Assembly (NCBI GenBank): GCA_041665145.1
Contig: JBAYJK010000001.1
Span: 165,629-229,628, forward strand
Reading direction: 5' to 3'
DNA: 64,000 bases
DNA from: Patescibacteria group bacterium
Lineage (GTDB): Bacteria; Patescibacteriota; Microgenomatia; UBA1406
A model generated the notes under the pieces. It ran no database searches and was not told the DNA's origin. It saw nothing but the letters and a program-made list of their open reading frames with translations. The position numbers were made by a program, and so were the translations under genes. Below, in pieces: positions 1-8,428 of the stretch; position 1 is the first letter of the stretch; the number at the start of each line of letters is the position of its first letter.

Positions 1-696
1 ACACGGCTCTTGGACGGGAATAAACCATTTCTTGCTCAGGCAGATCCTCTGTCATTAAAGACATTTGCCGATGGTATGGCCGCGACCATAATCCAACCTG
101 GAGTGACTCATAGACCGGTGACACATTTCCCCTTGACCGTGAATTATGGCAAGCAAACCATAGTACTTAACTCGTATCCGTGGGTGATTCCGGATGAAGA
201 TCATGCATTAGATGGGAACGTTCCTTATTTACAGTACATGACGCAAGGAGGTCCATGGTTTGAGCAAGTAGACAGAAAAGAAATGATACGGCTTAACCAG
301 CCGGTCGGTCGTTCTCAGATTGAAATGCATGGAGAAGCAACTGCACGTGGTTTTTTGGGACCACTTGTTCCACATATTGAAGCGGTGTGGAAACAGTTTC
401 AACAGGAAAACCCGGGGGCACGGCTCGCACATTTTGTTATTCATCACGCAAGTCCCGGTGTTAACGGTATTGCTGAAAGAAAAGTGCAAAGAATGGGAAT
501 TGCGGAAACAGTTCCTTTCGTGCTTGAGGGCGGTAATTCCAGCTCCTCAACTATGTTGCGTGCGTATGTACGCTTGATGCGTGAATTCAAGCCGGAAGAT
601 TATGTCATGATAGTATCGTTTGGTGCAGGAATGTCTTTTACAGTTTTTATCATGCAAATGGGCTCGTTTGACCGCTCTTTACTGCACAATCACTAA
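1..696 (+). CDS. Thiolase-fold condensing enzyme, KAS III (FabH) / type III PKS-like, C-terminal part; 5' end lies outside the window
   Basis: The frame is open to position 1. C-terminal motifs match FabH-like enzymes: HHASPGVN (HxA[NS]), EGGNSSSS (GN[ST]S) and SFGAGMSF. Confidence 0.55.
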   Translation, partial: TRLLDGNKPFLAQADPLSLKTFADGMAATIIQPGVTHRPVTHFPLTVNYGKQTIVLNSYPWVIPDEDHALDGNVPYLQYMTQGGPWFEQVDRKEMIRLNQPVGRSQIEMHGEATARGFLGPLVPHIEAVWKQFQQENPGARLAHFVIHHASPGVNGIAERKVQRMGIAETVPFVLEGGNSSSSTMLRAYVRLMREFKPEDYVMIVSFGAGMSFTVFIMQMGSFDRSLLHNH

Positions 697-734
697 CCCG
701 GGTATCGAATTGGTATTTTGTATAGAATGAGAGT

Positions 735-2678
735 ATGTATGACATTTCTATGCTTGAAAAGCTGGCGAAGCTAATCCGGTATTACATTCTTGTTTCAACC
801 ACAGCAGCGGGAAGTGGCCATCCGACGTCGTCGTTATCCGCCGTGGAACTTATGGCCGGGCTATATTTCGGAGGTATTCTGCGGTACGATATAGAACATC
901 CGGAAAATCCCGCAAATGACCGGGTGATTTTTTCCAAAGGACACGCAGCCCCTCTCTTCTATAGTCTGTATGCGGCAGCAGGTATTGTTACCGAAAAAGA
1001 ACTGCTGACGTTACGGAGTTTCGGTTCCCGACTGGAAGGCCATCCGACCCTTGAATTTTCCTATACCGAAGCGGTAACCGGTAGTTTGGGTCAGGGACTC
1101 TCGATCGGAGTGGGGTATGCGTTGGCCATGCGTCTCAATAGTGAGATTGCTTCGTCGATTACTCCTCGCAATGACGCCGTGAATCCTAAAATATATGTGC
1201 TTTTGGGAGATTCGGAAATGGCTGAGGGTCAAAATTGGGAAGCGATGCAGGTGGCATCATACTATAAGCTCGGAAACCTGATTGCTGTTGTTGATGTTAA
1301 TCGCCTTGGCCAACGGGGAGAGACAATGATTGGGTGGGACACGGAAACATATATCGAACGGGCAGAAGCTTTCGGGTGGAAAACAATACTTATCAAAGAC
1401 GGGCACAATTTTGAGCAAATCTCTCAGGCATTGTATATTGCCCGAGAAAATCAGACTAAACCAATGATGATAATTGCCAAAACCACAAAAGGAAAGGGAG
1501 TATCTTTTCTTGAAGACAAAGAGAACTGGCACGGCAAACCGTTGAACGAAACACAATTGCGAGAGGCGTTGAAAGAACTGGGATCGATAGATAAAAGAGT
1601 AGTTGGGGAAATTACAAAACCAAATTCGAACATGCAGTCAGTAGTCGGTAGTCGGCAGATAGCTCTGGATGATCGAGATCAAATACGGCAGTTACTGGCA
1701 AAACTTATTGTGAATAAAGAAGAGCAAATAAAGGAGGCACAGAAAATTGATCGCGATAAACCGGCAGCTACCCGCAGCGAGTATGGCTCGACGTTGGTTG
1801 AGCTTGGGAAGAAATTTCGAGATGTAGTTGTACTGGATGCTGAAATGGCAAACTCCACCATGTCCGAGAAATTTAAGGCAGAGTTTCCTGAAAGATTTCT
1901 TGAGATGTTTATTGCCGAGCAGAATATGGCAAGCGTTGCCGTCGGATTGTCGAAGAACGGCTATATTCCATTCGTTTCCACGTTTGCGGCGTTTCTGACC
2001 CGAGCATACGATCAAATCCGTATGGCCCGTTATAACAATTCGAATATAAATTTTATCGGGTCACATGGAGGACTTGCTGCGACACAAGACGGGATATCCC
2101 AAATGGGACTTGAAGATTTCTCGATGTTTCAGAGCATTCCCGACAGTTTGGTTTTTTACCCTGCAGATGAAACAGCAACGCTGAAGCTTGTGTACCGTAT
2201 GTATGAACAACAGGGCATTGCCTACATGCGGACCACAAAGATTAAAACTGATGACCTGTACAATGCAACAGATGAGTTTTTCGCGGGCGGTTCCAAAGTG
2301 CTTCGTCAAAACAAGGAAGATGTCTGTGCGGTGTTTTCCGCGGGTGTTCCTCTGTATGAAGCGTTAAAGGCATACGACGTACTTAAGAAAGCTAATATAC
2401 ATATAACTGTTGTCGATCTGTATTCAATCAAACCACTTGATACAGCTACAATCCGTTCGCTGGCTCAAAAAACCAAACACATCGTGACCGTGGAGGATCA
2501 CTATTTAAACGGTGGGCTTGGCCAATCGGTAAATTCCATAATCCGTGATTTGGGTGCAAAGGTAATAAACCTCGCAGTTACTAAAGTTCCTCGAAGCGGG
2601 AGTATTAATGAGCTTTTGCATTATTGTGAGATAGATGCGGAAGCTATTCAGAAATCCGTGAAAGATCTGTTAAAATAA
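735..2678 (+). CDS. tkt: Transketolase with N- and C-terminal halves fused in one polypeptide
   Basis: Has the TPP-binding N-terminal motif AAGSGHPTSSLSAVELMAGLYF and GDSEMAEGQNWEA, plus a C-terminal pyrimidine-binding/transketolase_C region (FIAEQNM, GSHGG). A -10 box (TAGAAT, 723-728) sits 6 nt upstream of the ATG. Confidence 0.9.
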   Translation: MYDISMLEKLAKLIRYYILVSTTAAGSGHPTSSLSAVELMAGLYFGGILRYDIEHPENPANDRVIFSKGHAAPLFYSLYAAAGIVTEKELLTLRSFGSRLEGHPTLEFSYTEAVTGSLGQGLSIGVGYALAMRLNSEIASSITPRNDAVNPKIYVLLGDSEMAEGQNWEAMQVASYYKLGNLIAVVDVNRLGQRGETMIGWDTETYIERAEAFGWKTILIKDGHNFEQISQALYIARENQTKPMMIIAKTTKGKGVSFLEDKENWHGKPLNETQLREALKELGSIDKRVVGEITKPNSNMQSVVGSRQIALDDRDQIRQLLAKLIVNKEEQIKEAQKIDRDKPAATRSEYGSTLVELGKKFRDVVVLDAEMANSTMSEKFKAEFPERFLEMFIAEQNMASVAVGLSKNGYIPFVSTFAAFLTRAYDQIRMARYNNSNINFIGSHGGLAATQDGISQMGLEDFSMFQSIPDSLVFYPADETATLKLVYRMYEQQGIAYMRTTKIKTDDLYNATDEFFAGGSKVLRQNKEDVCAVFSAGVPLYEALKAYDVLKKANIHITVVDLYSIKPLDTATIRSLAQKTKHIVTVEDHYLNGGLGQSVNSIIRDLGAKVINLAVTKVPRSGSINELLHYCEIDAEAIQKSVKDLLK

Positions 2679-2682
2679 CCAT

Positions 2683-3102
2683 ATGGAAAACTGTGCGTTC
2701 TGCAATATTGTTTCAGGTATTTGGCCCAGTTATAAAGTGTATGAAGACGAAAAGTATCTGGGATTTTTAGATATCCGACCCCTTAATCCCGGGAATGTCC
2801 TTCTGGTTCCCAAAAAGCATTACCGGTGGACGTATGATGTTGAAAACTTCGGTGAGTACTGGGAGCTTGCAAAGAAAGTCGGTTTGGCAATTCTGAAAAC
2901 ACAGAAAGCATTGTCCATTAATTATGTGACGGTGGGTGAGGAAGTACCACATGCACATATCCGCATTATTCCACGTTACAAAGACGACGGAAACGTGATT
3001 GTCTTAAATGAATACAAACAGAAATTAAGTGATGAAAAAATGAAGGAGGTTGCTTCGTCACTTTTCGTCGAACTAAGTTCTCCTCATCGTTCCTCGCAAT
3101 GA
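2683..3102 (+). CDS. HIT (histidine triad) family protein
   Basis: Has the CAFC N-terminus and the histidine-triad motif VPHAHIRIIPR. Size (139 aa) is typical of the family. Confidence 0.85.
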   Translation: MENCAFCNIVSGIWPSYKVYEDEKYLGFLDIRPLNPGNVLLVPKKHYRWTYDVENFGEYWELAKKVGLAILKTQKALSINYVTVGEEVPHAHIRIIPRYKDDGNVIVLNEYKQKLSDEKMKEVASSLFVELSSPHRSSQ

Positions 3103-3401
3103 CAACTGTTTTTCAGAACGTGCTTGATGTTATTGAAAAGATTCCCAAAGGGAAAGTAATGACGTATGGACAAATTGCGCAACTGTTAGGAATGCGGAAT
3201 GTGCAGGTAGTCGGATACGCTTTACACAGTAATCCTGATCCCCAGAAATACCCGTGCCATCGGGTGATCAAAAAAAACGGAGAACTCGCGGTCGGGTATG
3301 CATTTGGCGGTTGGCAAAAACAGAAAGAACTGTTGGAAAACGAAGGAGTTAAATTTACGGAAAACAGAGTGGATATGGAAAAACATCAATTTACTCCTTG
3401 A
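3099..3401 (+). CDS. MGMT-family protein (methylated-DNA-protein-cysteine methyltransferase DNA-binding domain)
   Basis: Has the YGQIA helix and the PCHRV active-site motif. At 100 aa it is the C-terminal domain only. Confidence 0.8.
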   Translation: MTTVFQNVLDVIEKIPKGKVMTYGQIAQLLGMRNVQVVGYALHSNPDPQKYPCHRVIKKNGELAVGYAFGGWQKQKELLENEGVKFTENRVDMEKHQFTP

Positions 3402-3702
3402 CCTCATCAAGGATTATTCTGTCAAGAAACTTTCCTTTTTCAGTATTCTTTTTCCGGCGTAACTCTTCCAGTGTTTCACGGGGGTAGTTTTTATATTCGC
3501 AAATGGTATAGATCACCTGTAGAAGATCTGCAAGTTCTTCCATATCACCACTCTTAATATATTCGTTCGCCTCCTCGATAAGCTTTGCTTTTAACTCGTG
3601 GTAGTATTCTTCCTCAGTCGCCACATGCACCACAGGTTTTTTACCCTGTTTTTCGATTATTTTGGCTATGCGGTCGCGGACTAGTTTGTGAAAGATAACC
3701 AT
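3391..3702 (-). CDS. MazG-like / phosphoribosyl-ATP pyrophosphohydrolase-like nucleotide pyrophosphohydrolase
   Basis: The protein is all-helical, and EEANE and EELADLLQV resemble the EExxE/D metal motifs. I moved the start to the ATG at 3702 because the longer ORF (to 3735) overlaps the tRNA. Confidence 0.6.
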   Translation of the reverse strand: MVIFHKLVRDRIAKIIEKQGKKPVVHVATEEEYYHELKAKLIEEANEYIKSGDMEELADLLQVIYTICEYKNYPRETLEELRRKKNTEKGKFLDRIILDEVKE

Positions 3703-3703
3703 G

Positions 3704-3775
3704 TGCCGAAGGAGGGAATCGAACCCCCGACCCATCGCTTATGAAACGATTGCTCTACCTCTGAGCTACTTCGGC
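3704..3775 (-). tRNA. tRNA with CAU anticodon (elongator Met or lysidine-dependent Ile2), discriminator A, no encoded CCA
   Basis: Hand-folded cloverleaf: acceptor GCCGAAG/CUUCGGC, D stem GCUC/GAGC, anticodon stem AUCGU/GCGAU with loop UUCAUAA, T stem GGGGG/CCCUC with loop UUCGAUU. Length is 72 nt. Confidence 0.85.
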
Positions 3776-3840
3776 GTTTACCTGTATACCAATTGTATCA
3801 CGCACCTCTATTGGGTTCTAGTCTTTGTTACAATAATTCA

Positions 3841-5604
3841 ATGTTTGCCGCAGGCATTATAACCGTATTGTCTTTGACCTCTTATATATCTTCCGTACTT
3901 TTAACTTATTTTGAAAAAGAATTTATTTTACGATGGGTCGCATTCGGGCTTTCTCTGGTTCCTGTTATTTTAACCGGGTTCTGGATGTTCTTAAAACTGG
4001 TAAGGGGAAAGATAAGTCCGCTATTCTTAAGATCTTTTTATACCCGCGACGTTCTGTTGAGTATCGGTTTGTTGATTATTGTTTTATCCGTTGCTGCCAC
4101 CTTGCGTTTTCTGTTTCTCGGTTCATATCCGTTTGTTTCCGTGGGCGATGAAGTACGTGACGGAGGGTTACATGCATTTGAGATTGCGACCGGATTGCGT
4201 ACGGAGATATTTTCATATGGGGTGTATGAATCGCACGGTTTGATTATTGCTACAGCAGTCAGCTTTCTCTATCGCATATTTCAACACTCTGTGTACTCTT
4301 TCAGAGTCGCAGCAGCGCTTGTCGGTATCGCGGATGTTTTTATTTTATATGTATTTCTTCATAAATCACTCAACAAGTGGACCGCTTTTTTTGCTGCATT
4401 GATTCTGGCATGTTTGCCGATACATCTATTCTATAGTCGCACAGAGATAGTGGTGATTTTCAGCAGTTTTTGGACGACAGTGATACTTCTTTCCATGTAC
4501 CTGATGATTACCAAAAAAACGACGGCATTCATTATCTGGGCCGGTACCATCCTGGGTTTTGTCGCAGGTTTTCATACTTCTGCACGAACTGTTGTTTTCG
4601 GCGCATGTCTCATACTGATAACGTTTCTGGGCTCATGGTTAACTCACGCATTAATCGCACATAAACGTCGGGCAATCCGGTTACTGCAGTGTGCGGGTTT
4701 TATATTTTTCTTTTTTGCTGGTTTTGGACCACGTATATTGTATTCACCTGTGCACATCTTTTTTCAGAGCAGATCACTTAATGTGCACTCGTCACAAGTA
4801 CGGCCCGGTGAGAATTGGATACAGCAAGTTACAGATATTTCCATAAGCCTGAAAGATACGTATATAGACTCGTTCCTGGTATATCTGCAAAACCCCACGC
4901 TTTCGCACTATCCCGATCATCGACCCATACTACCACCCTTACTTGCATTGTTTTTTTTAATCGGTCTAACGGTGGCGGTCCTGATACTTAACGGGAAAAT
5001 ATGGAAAATCGTGGCTTTCTTAACATTGCTTATTCCGTTCACAAACAGCGCAATGACCGAAGCCGTAAATAATGATCACCGTCTTGCCCCGATGTTTGTA
5101 TTTGCTTCGATACTGAGCGGAATCGGTGTATGGTTTGTGGTATTTCGTTCGAAAGGGTTGCGGTTCGTACAGTGGTTGCTCGGCGCTGTTATCGTGCTCT
5201 ACATTATGTTGCACGGCGTTATGTTTTTCGGCGATCAGCCGGCAAGTAAAGATCGATATGTGCGTGATTATTTAGGTATGCACTTAATATACCAGTTACA
5301 ACAGCAACCGAAAATGTACCAAGACAACCATATCTGTTTACGTGTAAATCCGGGGATGGCCGAGTATCTTAACTTCATCCATGTTCGTGAGCAGTTTAAC
5401 TATTTTATCCCGAAACTGTATTACGACGTAGCCGCATCCGATACCGCTGTTAAGCCTAATGAACTGTATGTCATGGCAGATTGTGCAAAAGACTTGGGCC
5501 TATATCAGACCTTTCGCATTTCGTGTAATAGTGCGTTTGATTTCCGTTGCCCGATTACAGAACCGCAGTATAAAGAGTTTATTCTTCACGTAGCCCGGTA
5601 TTAG
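3841..5604 (+). CDS. Polytopic membrane glycosyltransferase, GT39/ArnT/PMT_2-like
   Basis: There are at least 10 predicted TM helices and an early loop with a DE-containing motif (VGDEVRDGG). The start is set at ATG 3841, which lies 6 nt after an extended -10 (TGtTACAAT, 3826-3834). Confidence 0.55.
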   Translation: MFAAGIITVLSLTSYISSVLLTYFEKEFILRWVAFGLSLVPVILTGFWMFLKLVRGKISPLFLRSFYTRDVLLSIGLLIIVLSVAATLRFLFLGSYPFVSVGDEVRDGGLHAFEIATGLRTEIFSYGVYESHGLIIATAVSFLYRIFQHSVYSFRVAAALVGIADVFILYVFLHKSLNKWTAFFAALILACLPIHLFYSRTEIVVIFSSFWTTVILLSMYLMITKKTTAFIIWAGTILGFVAGFHTSARTVVFGACLILITFLGSWLTHALIAHKRRAIRLLQCAGFIFFFFAGFGPRILYSPVHIFFQSRSLNVHSSQVRPGENWIQQVTDISISLKDTYIDSFLVYLQNPTLSHYPDHRPILPPLLALFFLIGLTVAVLILNGKIWKIVAFLTLLIPFTNSAMTEAVNNDHRLAPMFVFASILSGIGVWFVVFRSKGLRFVQWLLGAVIVLYIMLHGVMFFGDQPASKDRYVRDYLGMHLIYQLQQQPKMYQDNHICLRVNPGMAEYLNFIHVREQFNYFIPKLYYDVAASDTAVKPNELYVMADCAKDLGLYQTFRISCNSAFDFRCPITEPQYKEFILHVARY

Positions 5605-6641
5605 GTTATGAAATGGTTAAGATGCGTACGGGGCATCCGATCCAGATGAGTGATATCAGTACAGATGATCCCTTTTTGGTACTTATAGAATGCGGCAACT
5701 CCGATCATGGCAGCATTGTCGGCAGTGAGGTTCTTGGAAGTCGGAAAGTAAACAGGTGTGCTTCCAAATCCCAATTGACGAACATATTTTCTGAGAAATT
5801 TATTATCCGAAACACCACCACCGAAAACAATCTGTTTCGGTTGAAACTGCTGCACTGCTTTTTTAAGCTTTAAAACAAGAGATGTGACAATTGCCGATTG
5901 TGCGGCCTGCGCAAGATGAGCAAGTTCTTGTGGTAGTTCTTTTTCGGGAATAGACTCGTATAATCGTACAAAAGCAGTTTTCAGACCGGAATAAGAAAAA
6001 TCAAGTGATGTATGGTTTAGCATTGGGATAGGGAGTTTGTACCGTTCAGACAATGTACTATCACGCGCCAGTTTTTCAATCACTGCGCCACCGGGATATC
6101 CCAAGCCCATTGTCCGAGCGATTTTGTCGAATGCTTCTCCGGCAGCGTCATCCAGCTTTTGCCCGAGGATTTCATAGTGCACATGATCCTTCATGAGAAT
6201 AAGGTCGGTGTGCCCACCGGAAATGATGAATGCAAGAAGCGGGAACTTAAAGTCACGGATGGGCAAACCGTTTCTATTTTGAGCAAAAGATGAGTAAATG
6301 TGTCCTTCTATATGATCGACGGGAATAAGAGGTTTGTTATTAGTTGTTGCAAGCTCTTTCGCCTTGTTCAGACCTACTTCTAGCGCGGGGGCGAGGCCGG
6401 GTCCGAAAGTAACCGCAAACGCATCGATGTCTCTTTCAGCAATATGGACTCTTTGCAACGCTATTTTTACTGCAGGGTTTATTTTTGTTAAATGCTCGCG
6501 CTTTGCTACCGTGGGATAGACCCCACCGAATTCCGCATGGTATTTAACCTGCGAAAAGATAACGTTTGTAAGAATTTTACGCCCTTCGGTTATAGCGACG
6601 GAAGTGTCGTCACAACTCGTATCGATTGCCAAGATTTTCAT
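5601..6641 (-). CDS. tsaD: tRNA N6-adenosine threonylcarbamoyltransferase TsaD
   Basis: Has ILAIDTSCDDTSVAI, HIEGHIYS and GGVSDN motifs of the Kae1/TsaD family. Its start overlaps the stop of the upstream tsaC-tsaE gene. Confidence 0.9.
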   Translation of the reverse strand: MKILAIDTSCDDTSVAITEGRKILTNVIFSQVKYHAEFGGVYPTVAKREHLTKINPAVKIALQRVHIAERDIDAFAVTFGPGLAPALEVGLNKAKELATTNNKPLIPVDHIEGHIYSSFAQNRNGLPIRDFKFPLLAFIISGGHTDLILMKDHVHYEILGQKLDDAAGEAFDKIARTMGLGYPGGAVIEKLARDSTLSERYKLPIPMLNHTSLDFSYSGLKTAFVRLYESIPEKELPQELAHLAQAAQSAIVTSLVLKLKKAVQQFQPKQIVFGGGVSDNKFLRKYVRQLGFGSTPVYFPTSKNLTADNAAMIGVAAFYKYQKGIICTDITHLDRMPRTHLNHFIT

Positions 6642-7711
6642 AGTTCATATATTGAAAAACTTCTGCTGTTTTCGTCAAGAATTTCTATCTGACAATACAA
6701 AGCGATTGCCTTTTTACCTTTTAAAAGATTTTGTACAGAACCGATTTTTTCACCCCATTCGAAAACAAGTACATTACGAGGTTGCAGTAGTTTATTGATT
6801 TCAAGATTCTCCAGATCATCCTGATTCTCCGCACGATATAAATCAAAATGGTGGAACTTTGTGATAACTGAATGATTAGTAGTGTATTCATAGTAAAGCA
6901 CAAAAGTTGGCGAGACAACGTGTTCGGTATCTAGGTATTCGCCGATTCCTTGGGAGAAAACCGTCTTTCCGGCTCCTAAATTTCCCTGAAGTATTAAAAT
7001 AACCGGCATTTCGTGCGCCGCTTTCAAATACTTTGTAAGTAATGCAACAGCAAGTTGTTTAGTCTGACCGGCGGATACTGTTACCTTTCTCTCTATAAGT
7101 TTTAACTTCATGTCACCTTTTCTCAAAGTCGGCAAGGTGGATTCACTGAGATTCACGATGGTTGAAGGCAGGTTGTGCGGAAGCGTACCGTAATCAACGA
7201 TGAGATCAAGCAAGTTCTTTTTTGTATCCGAAAGAGTGTTAAGAAGCGCCTCAATCGAATAGTGTGGACCGCGGGCATGTATGTTAGCCGATGTTGCTGT
7301 GTATGGAAACGGCACAGTTTTTGAAAGCTGATGGAGAAACTCATAGTCCGGTATGCGTATCCCGAGAGTTTTGTCTTCTGCTTCCAATTGCGCGGATACG
7401 GTGTGGAGCGACGGTAATACTATAGTATATGCACCGGGAAGTATCATGTTCAGGGTCTGTTCCTGTTGTTTCGTCAGTGCAATATATTTTTTTGCATGAA
7501 CCAAGTCTTTCACCGCGATGGAAATTGCCTGACCGCGTGGTCGGTCCTTGAATGCCAGTAGCTTATTCACTGCCTTTTCCGAGTCCGCTCGTGCAGCAAG
7601 GCCGTACACTGTATCAGAAGGGAAAACGACCAGTCCATCGGTTAAAAGCGTTTTTTTAACTTCCTGTAATACTGAATTCCGATTGTTTGCGGTAAGCTGT
7701 ATGCGTCTCAT
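6638..7711 (-). CDS. tsaC/tsaE: Fusion of L-threonylcarbamoyladenylate synthase (TsaC/YrdC domain) and the t6A ATPase TsaE
   Basis: The N-terminal half has YrdC motifs (PSDTVYGLAA, KDRP, TSAN, PSTIV). The C-terminal half has TsaE motifs (GNLGAGKT, SPTF, HFDLYR, EWG). The start is set at ATG 7711, 7 nt after TATAAT (7719-7724, minus strand). Confidence 0.8.
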   Translation of the reverse strand: MRRIQLTANNRNSVLQEVKKTLLTDGLVVFPSDTVYGLAARADSEKAVNKLLAFKDRPRGQAISIAVKDLVHAKKYIALTKQQEQTLNMILPGAYTIVLPSLHTVSAQLEAEDKTLGIRIPDYEFLHQLSKTVPFPYTATSANIHARGPHYSIEALLNTLSDTKKNLLDLIVDYGTLPHNLPSTIVNLSESTLPTLRKGDMKLKLIERKVTVSAGQTKQLAVALLTKYLKAAHEMPVILILQGNLGAGKTVFSQGIGEYLDTEHVVSPTFVLYYEYTTNHSVITKFHHFDLYRAENQDDLENLEINKLLQPRNVLVFEWGEKIGSVQNLLKGKKAIALYCQIEILDENSRSFSIYEL

Positions 7712-7804
7712 GGGTAGTATTATACCAATCTGATGCTCTCCGGGATTTGACAAACGGGGCAAATTGCATTATTGTAGTAGTAATTATTTGTTTATTCATA
7801 ATCT

Positions 7805-8272
7805 ATGGCCACCACAAAAAATGGTAGCGATTGGAAAACGTACCTGGTCAAGCTCGAGGACACCTTCGATCTGTATTTAGTTAAGAAAGCACCGACAATT
7901 CCCAAAGCGTGGAAAGAAATGATCGTGTCATTTTCGCCATGGTTGACAGTTATTATGCTTGTGCTTCTGCTACCTGTAGTTTTTGCGATATTCGGTTTAT
8001 CAATGTTTGCAATGCCCTTTGCATACATGGGAGGGTTTAGGGCAGGCACCGGCTTTATCGTTTCGTGGGTTTTTAGTATTGTTACTCTCGTGCTCTATGG
8101 TCTTGCTATACCGGGACTTTTCAAGAGACAGAAGAAGGCGTGGACGTTCATGTATTACGCGGCGCTCATAACAGCGGTAGAAAATCTCGTTTCATTCAAC
8201 ATTGCGGGATTTGTAGTCGGAACGCTTATTTCCATGTACGTTCTGTTCCAGATAAAAGAATACTACAAATAA
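7805..8272 (+). CDS. Hypothetical small membrane protein (3-4 TM helices)
   Basis: The ORF has hydrophobic segments. I recognise no family motif. Confidence 0.45.
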   Translation: MATTKNGSDWKTYLVKLEDTFDLYLVKKAPTIPKAWKEMIVSFSPWLTVIMLVLLLPVVFAIFGLSMFAMPFAYMGGFRAGTGFIVSWVFSIVTLVLYGLAIPGLFKRQKKAWTFMYYAALITAVENLVSFNIAGFVVGTLISMYVLFQIKEYYK

Positions 8273-8274
8273 GT

Positions 8275-8412
8275 CTAAAGTCGTAAGTTGTAAGGTGAAA
8301 TAAAGGCTAAAGTTGTAAGTAAAAATAAGGACTAAGGTTGTAGGCGTATGTTTGTTCAACTTGCGACTTAACCAGCTACAGCTTTAATACAACTTACACC
8401 TTACAACTTCAT
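8275..8412. repeat. Array of about six copies (3 direct, 3 inverted) of an AAGTTGTAAG-like motif forming a long imperfect palindrome
   Basis: AAGTTGTAAGGTG (8285-8297) is the exact reverse complement of CACCTTACAACTT (8397-8409). Further copies start at about 8310, 8334, 8357 and 8389. The array ends 5 nt before the valS extended -10. Confidence 0.7.
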
Positions 8413-8428
8413 GTTATAATCTTATCCT

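Noticed and set aside
3703-3735. N-terminal extension MGRGFDSLLRH of the MazG-like ORF.
   Set aside because: The extension is the reverse translation of the tRNA(CAU) gene; GFDS is the T-arm. The ATG at 3702 gives a complete protein.
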